Positions 60,027-64,000 of a DNA stretch of 64,000 nt are shown in pieces. The notes beneath the pieces were generated by a model that was given only the letters and a program-made list of their open reading frames with translations, had not been told where the DNA came from and did no database searches. Source of the stretch: Chloroflexota bacterium (GTDB lineage Bacteria > Chloroflexota > Anaerolineae > B4-G1). The translations under genes were made by a program, and so were the position numbers. The stretch's first letter is position 1, and every line of letters starts with the position of its first letter. The stretch is taken from assembly GCA_012514315.1 (NCBI GenBank), contig JAAZAN010000096.1, positions 1,884 to 65,883 on the forward strand. The letters run 5' to 3'.

Positions 60027-61154
60027 TTACCGGATCGAATTGCCGATAGCTAGCAGATCCGACTCGCCGCTCCCATTGCCTGCCACCAGCGTGATAATCC
60101 CGTCTCGCTGCCACAGAAGTGCCTGAGCCCGGTCTGCATCGCCGACGCTCTTCACGAATAGGGCCGGCGCTCCGGCTACCTCCGTCTCTTGTGCCTGCCC
60201 CACACCTGCGGGCACCGGAAGCACCAACGTCGATGTCCAGTCTATCTCGCCGCTCAGGCGCGCGGCATCCTGCCCATCCAATCCCAGCAGTTCAAGCCAC
60301 ACGCGCCCCAACGCCTCAAAATCCGCTTCCTCGAGCCCTTCCACCGTCGGACTCCGCATCTGGTAGACGTAGAACTCGCCCCACGCACCGCGATCACCCG
60401 CCTCGTACGTCAACTCCACGTGCGCCGGTATCATCACCTCGATCGACTCACCGTCCAGGCTGTCCGGCAGTAGCCCGGGATCGGCCTCAACTGCCTCCAG
60501 CAAATCGCGTAACGCCGTGAAGTCTGGGCTGAATCGCGCCTCGCCGGCACCCGACACGACAATGCGTGTTGGCTCCGGGTACCCTGCTGGCGTGCCCACT
60601 GTGAAGCCCACCCGGTCACTCGCTTCAGCAACTGTCTTCACAGTCACCGGATCGTCGGCTTCCTGCACCACCTCTGGTTCGCCCAGGATCGCTCTGGTCT
60701 GCATCGAGGACATGAGCGTCTCGACGCGATCTGGGTCCACATCGACCGCCACGATCTTCTCCACTCTGAACAACCCCAGGAAATCGCTCGCCAACGCCCG
60801 CACCGCTGGCAAGCTGAGGAGCCCCACCAAGACGGCCGTGGACGCCACGGCAATCGCTGCGCGCTCCAGGCGCTTGCGCATTTTCCTCTCTGTTGACATA
60901 GCTTCTACTGACCTCCCTTGATTCGTGTAGGCCCGCCACACGGCCGCCGAATGCCGCTGCCGAGCCTGCTCACCACGTTCTGGCGCCAGGGTCGACATCG
61001 CCGTTGTTACTCGTGCTGCCCTGACCCTAGCTACCTCTACCCGACGGTGGCACGTCCGACATATCTCAACGTGGGTGTCAACGGCGCGGGCTTGCCCGTC
61101 CTCCAGCTCCCCGTCCACGTAGGCAACGATCGTGCTCTTGCTCAGATGACGCAT
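60027..61154 (-). CDS. Anti-sigma factor (zf-HC2), single TM, extracytoplasmic DUF4367/LolA-like domain
   Basis: ATG at 61154. YVDGELEDGQARAVDTHVEICRTCHRRV (H-x3-C-x2-C). TM AAIAVASTAVLVGLLSL. Confidence 0.8.
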   Translation of the reverse strand: MRHLSKSTIVAYVDGELEDGQARAVDTHVEICRTCHRRVEVARVRAARVTTAMSTLAPERGEQARQRHSAAVWRAYTNQGRSVEAMSTERKMRKRLERAAIAVASTAVLVGLLSLPAVRALASDFLGLFRVEKIVAVDVDPDRVETLMSSMQTRAILGEPEVVQEADDPVTVKTVAEASDRVGFTVGTPAGYPEPTRIVVSGAGEARFSPDFTALRDLLEAVEADPGLLPDSLDGESIEVMIPAHVELTYEAGDRGAWGEFYVYQMRSPTVEGLEEADFEALGRVWLELLGLDGQDAARLSGEIDWTSTLVLPVPAGVGQAQETEVAGAPALFVKSVGDADRAQALLWQRDGIITLVAGNGSGESDLLAIGNSIR

Positions 61155-61339
61155 ATCACCCCCATCAATCGCTCCTATCCTCCAGTCCACTCCGTGTAAT
61201 TTGTTCCAGATGCGCCCGATTGCAGAAGCATCAGGTATCTGAGGCTGTGTTGCTTGCCTCTACACAGAAAACAGCGTACCGTCGCCGTTTGTGACAGGCA
61301 GATGTTGGACGCGGGTGTTCTTACAGGACGTGGCTGACC

Positions 61340-61368
61340 TTGGATTGCCAGTTCACGTAGTGTATACT
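61340..61368 (+). promoter_or_regulatory. Promoter candidate for the isomerase gene
   Basis: TTGGAT (61340-61345), 17-nt spacer, TATACT (61363-61368) with an upstream TG. Confidence 0.5.
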
Positions 61369-61399
61369 CAGGTCACATTACGTGCGTGGAGGAACGGAG

Positions 61400-62866
61400 T
61401 TGAACAGAGAGACTTGTCTGGTTGCACGTCGCAGGCCGCTCACCGCCAACATCGGTGTCTTCGGAGTTGGGTTCGATGTCTACTGGTCCCAGTTTCCCGG
61501 GCTGAGGGATGAACTCATGGGGTACCTCAACCAGTTCGAGCGACAGGTACGGGAACACGGCGTCTGCACAATCAACTTCGGGATGGTCGACAACGCTGAG
61601 GCCGCGTATGCCACGCTGAAGCGGCTGAGAGCTTCAGATCTCGACCTGGTGTTCTGCGATATGCTCACGTACGCGACCTCGTCCACGTTCGCCGCCATAG
61701 TGCGCGAGCTCGATGTGCCGCTAGTGCTCGTTGCGCTTCAACCTCGGAGGCGTCTGGACTATGCCCAAGCCACGACGTATATGCAGCTGTGCAATGACAA
61801 CATCTGTTCCCTGCCCGAGTTTACTGGAGTAGCGGCTCGACTGGGCAAACGAGTCCCTGATGTGATCATTGGCACGCTGGACGGCGACGCGAACGCCAGT
61901 AGGGAGGTTCATCGCTGGTGCAGTATCGCGCGAGTCCTGCACGATCTGAAGACCGCGCGGATCGGGCACTTCGGCCATCCGATTGAGGCGATGCTCGACA
62001 TGCATACCGACCCGACAGCCCTGACAGCCGCGTTCGGCTTGCACGTCGTTCAGGCCGAGATCGATCTCCTGGTCAGCCTGGCGCGCGACGTCGATGAGAC
62101 TGCCATCTGTGAGAAGCAGGCCAAGATTCTGCAGTTCTTTGACACGCCGGACCCCGGAGCGGATCCGCTGACACGGAAGATCACTCGAGAAGACCTACGC
62201 GAGGCCGCACGGGTCGCTGTTGCATTGGATAGATTCCTGGAGGAACTACGGCTGGATGGCCTTGCGTATTACTACAAGGGTGAACCCGGGAGCGACACAG
62301 AGCGGGTTGCCGCGAGCCTGATCGTTGGCAACTCCCTGTTGTGCGCCGCCGGTGTACCCGTCTGCGGAGAGTCCGACCTGAAGACGTGTGTCGGCATGCT
62401 CATCATGGATCGCCTGGAGATCGGTGGAAGTTTTGCCGAGTTTCACCCCATCGACTTCGTTGATGATTTCGTACTCGTTGGACACGATGGCCCGCACCAC
62501 ATCAATATCGCGGAAGGACGGCCGGTTCTCAGGAGCCTAAGCAAGTATCACGGCAAACCGGGGTCCGGAGCCTCCGTGGAGTTCAAGATCCGTGAGGGTC
62601 CGATCACACTGCTCGGCGTCACATCCACGGCCGCTGGTCGCCCCAAGTTTGTGATCGCCGAGGGCGAATCTGTACGAGGGCCAATCCCTGCCACGGGGAA
62701 CACCAACACGCGAGGACACTTCGGCCCGGACGCGGTGACATTTCTCAAGAGGTGGGTTGCTGAGGGACCGACGCATCACTTCTCGCTGGGCACCGGCCAC
62801 CACGCCGAGACCCTGCGGCTCATTGCGGACCTGCTCGGGATCGAAAGCGCAACCGTCTCAGCCTGA
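61400..62866 (+). CDS. L-arabinose/L-fucose isomerase family protein
   Basis: TTG at 61400 lies 7 nt after GGAGG (alternative GTG at 61382). IGVFGVGFDVYW...DLVFCDMLTYA...GHFGHPIEAMLD is typical of AraA-like isomerases. Confidence 0.75.
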   Translation: MNRETCLVARRRPLTANIGVFGVGFDVYWSQFPGLRDELMGYLNQFERQVREHGVCTINFGMVDNAEAAYATLKRLRASDLDLVFCDMLTYATSSTFAAIVRELDVPLVLVALQPRRRLDYAQATTYMQLCNDNICSLPEFTGVAARLGKRVPDVIIGTLDGDANASREVHRWCSIARVLHDLKTARIGHFGHPIEAMLDMHTDPTALTAAFGLHVVQAEIDLLVSLARDVDETAICEKQAKILQFFDTPDPGADPLTRKITREDLREAARVAVALDRFLEELRLDGLAYYYKGEPGSDTERVAASLIVGNSLLCAAGVPVCGESDLKTCVGMLIMDRLEIGGSFAEFHPIDFVDDFVLVGHDGPHHINIAEGRPVLRSLSKYHGKPGSGASVEFKIREGPITLLGVTSTAAGRPKFVIAEGESVRGPIPATGNTNTRGHFGPDAVTFLKRWVAEGPTHHFSLGTGHHAETLRLIADLLGIESATVSA

Positions 62867-62895
62867 GGAAATCCCGCCGTCGATGGAATTGCGCA

Positions 62896-63636
62896 TCAGA
62901 CGAGCAGGCGCGAAAGCCCAAGAAGAAGCAGGAACCCCAACACGAACCCAAACGTCGCCTGGTGCTCATACCCGTGACTGTGGCTCTCTGGGATCAGCTC
63001 GTCGGAGACAACGTAGAGCATAGCGCCTCCCGCGAACGCCAGGCTGAAGGGCAGCAAAGCCTCCACATACGTCACGGCAATTGCGCCAACCAGAGCGGCG
63101 ATCGGTTCTGTAAGTCCCGAAACGGTCGCCCACGCGATATACTGGCGCGGAGGCATTCCGCACGCCCGAAAGGGACCCGCGACCGCGATGCCTTCCGGGA
63201 TGTTGTGTAGGGCGATTGCCACTGCCAGGAGGGTCCCCAGAGATGGCTGTGCGGCGTAGCTCGTCCCGACCGCCAGGCCTTCGGGTACATTGTGGAGCGT
63301 CATCGCGGCAAAGAGCATGAGCCCGCGACGGTAGTCCAATGGGCTCGTGCACGCGAAGCGCAAATGCTCATGTTCGTGGGGCAACCCACGGTCGAATCCG
63401 AATAGCGCGGCGGCGCCTACCGCCACTCCGAGCAGCACGACCAGGACAGTCCCTCGTTCGAGAGCTTCTTGGATCAGTCCGAACGTGGCCACCGCAGTCA
63501 TCACCCCCGCCGCGAACCCCAGCAGGGTATCGTAGGTACGCATCCGCAGCTCGCCGATCAGGGCAACGATGCCTCCACCCAATGTGGTGGACAGGCCCGC
63601 GATCAGGCTCAACAATACAGCATTCAGAACTCCCAT
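62896..63636 (-). CDS. ZIP family divalent metal transporter (ZupT-like)
   Basis: HNVPEGLAVG and HNIPEGIAVAGP motifs. ATG at 63636 (MGVLNAV); the track ORF extends to 63837. Confidence 0.85.
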   Translation of the reverse strand: MGVLNAVLLSLIAGLSTTLGGGIVALIGELRMRTYDTLLGFAAGVMTAVATFGLIQEALERGTVLVVLLGVAVGAAALFGFDRGLPHEHEHLRFACTSPLDYRRGLMLFAAMTLHNVPEGLAVGTSYAAQPSLGTLLAVAIALHNIPEGIAVAGPFRACGMPPRQYIAWATVSGLTEPIAALVGAIAVTYVEALLPFSLAFAGGAMLYVVSDELIPESHSHGYEHQATFGFVLGFLLLLGLSRLLV

Positions 63637-63756
63637 GTTCGCCTCGACGAAGACCACGATGGGATGGGCGGCACAACCGCAATGTATCGGCGGATTGAAT
63701 CGCTGATCACCAGTAAAGGTACCCCCTTCAGCAGTGTTTGCGGCTCCAAGGAACGC

Positions 63757-63784
63757 ATTATACGACATCTCGCTCAGGGGGCAA
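63757..63784 (-). promoter_or_regulatory. Promoter candidate for the ZIP transporter (would give a ~115-nt leader)
   Basis: Minus strand: TTGCCC (63784-63779), 16-nt spacer, TATAAT (63762-63757). Confidence 0.4.
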
Positions 63785-64000
63785 TAGTCCAGGCCGCCTG
63801 ATTCAATCAGGTCTCCCGTGGACCGACACCCAGGCAAGTAGTCACCGTCGTTGGCGTGGACACTCGCCGTCGTGTGGACAAAATGGTTTTAGCGTGCTAC
63901 ACTCGCCAGCAACCTGCGGCTCGGCGGCTCATCATCGGCGAGGACCGCCGCACAGCCGTACGGACAAGCGTGCAGTCCTGATGGGTTTCATCTTGGCGGA

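Noticed and set aside
63875-64000. TGGACA-N17-TACACT promoter-like element followed by a GC-rich, possibly structured sequence at the window edge, with duplicated GTGGACA and ACACTCGCC words
   Set aside because: It is truncated by the window end. I could not match it to RNase P, tmRNA, cobalamin or other riboswitch signatures, and there is too little sequence to support a call.

Overview
This is a high-GC (roughly 60-65% by eye, not computed), densely coding chromosomal window with about 55 credible protein genes on both strands. I saw no rRNA, tRNA, CRISPR array, transposase, integrase or phage genes. Gene content suggests a saprophytic high-GC bacterium, possibly Chloroflexota-like (inference only). 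The suggestive elements are an archaeal-type ProRS, a polyphosphate glucokinase, Tat-signal proteins, HTH/REC hybrid regulators and many sugar-acid enzymes. Main blocks, left to right: (1) a CUT1 sugar ABC operon (binding protein, two permeases) followed by a URO-D-family protein and a Zn-dehydrogenase. (2) A signalling cluster: HTH-HATPase-like-REC protein, hybrid histidine kinase, and an ABC-exporter membrane domain with no ATPase. (3) Peptidase and hydrolase genes, ppgK, a large GT-C-like membrane protein and a NUDIX gene. (4) Zinc-ribbon proteins and a second URO-D paralog. (5) proS divergent from a GH127 beta-L-arabinofuranosidase-like gene and a glycyl radical enzyme. (6) A DASS/TrkA-C transporter, an FAD oxidoreductase, and an AKR-FeS gene coupled to panB. 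(7) A 901-aa multidomain secreted protein. (8) hpt followed by a low-GC spacer that looks like an independent sRNA unit. (9) A sulfatase, enolase-superfamily, Gfo/Idh/MocA and alkaline-phosphatase-superfamily cluster. (10) dgoD. (11) An ECF sigma/anti-sigma pair interleaved with an ABC-2 transporter. (12) An L-arabinose-isomerase-family gene and a ZIP metal transporter. The observations I rate highest are the promoter-to-terminator-bounded GGA-rich candidate sRNA (40843-41241, minus strand), the HypD-like glycyl radical enzyme next to GH127 and proS with no activase in the window, the NBD-less ABC membrane protein translationally coupled to a hybrid kinase, and the interleaved sigma/anti-sigma/ABC-2 arrangement. 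All functional calls come from motif recognition by eye. No database search was run. Most long antisense ORFs in the track are high-GC shadow ORFs and are not reported.
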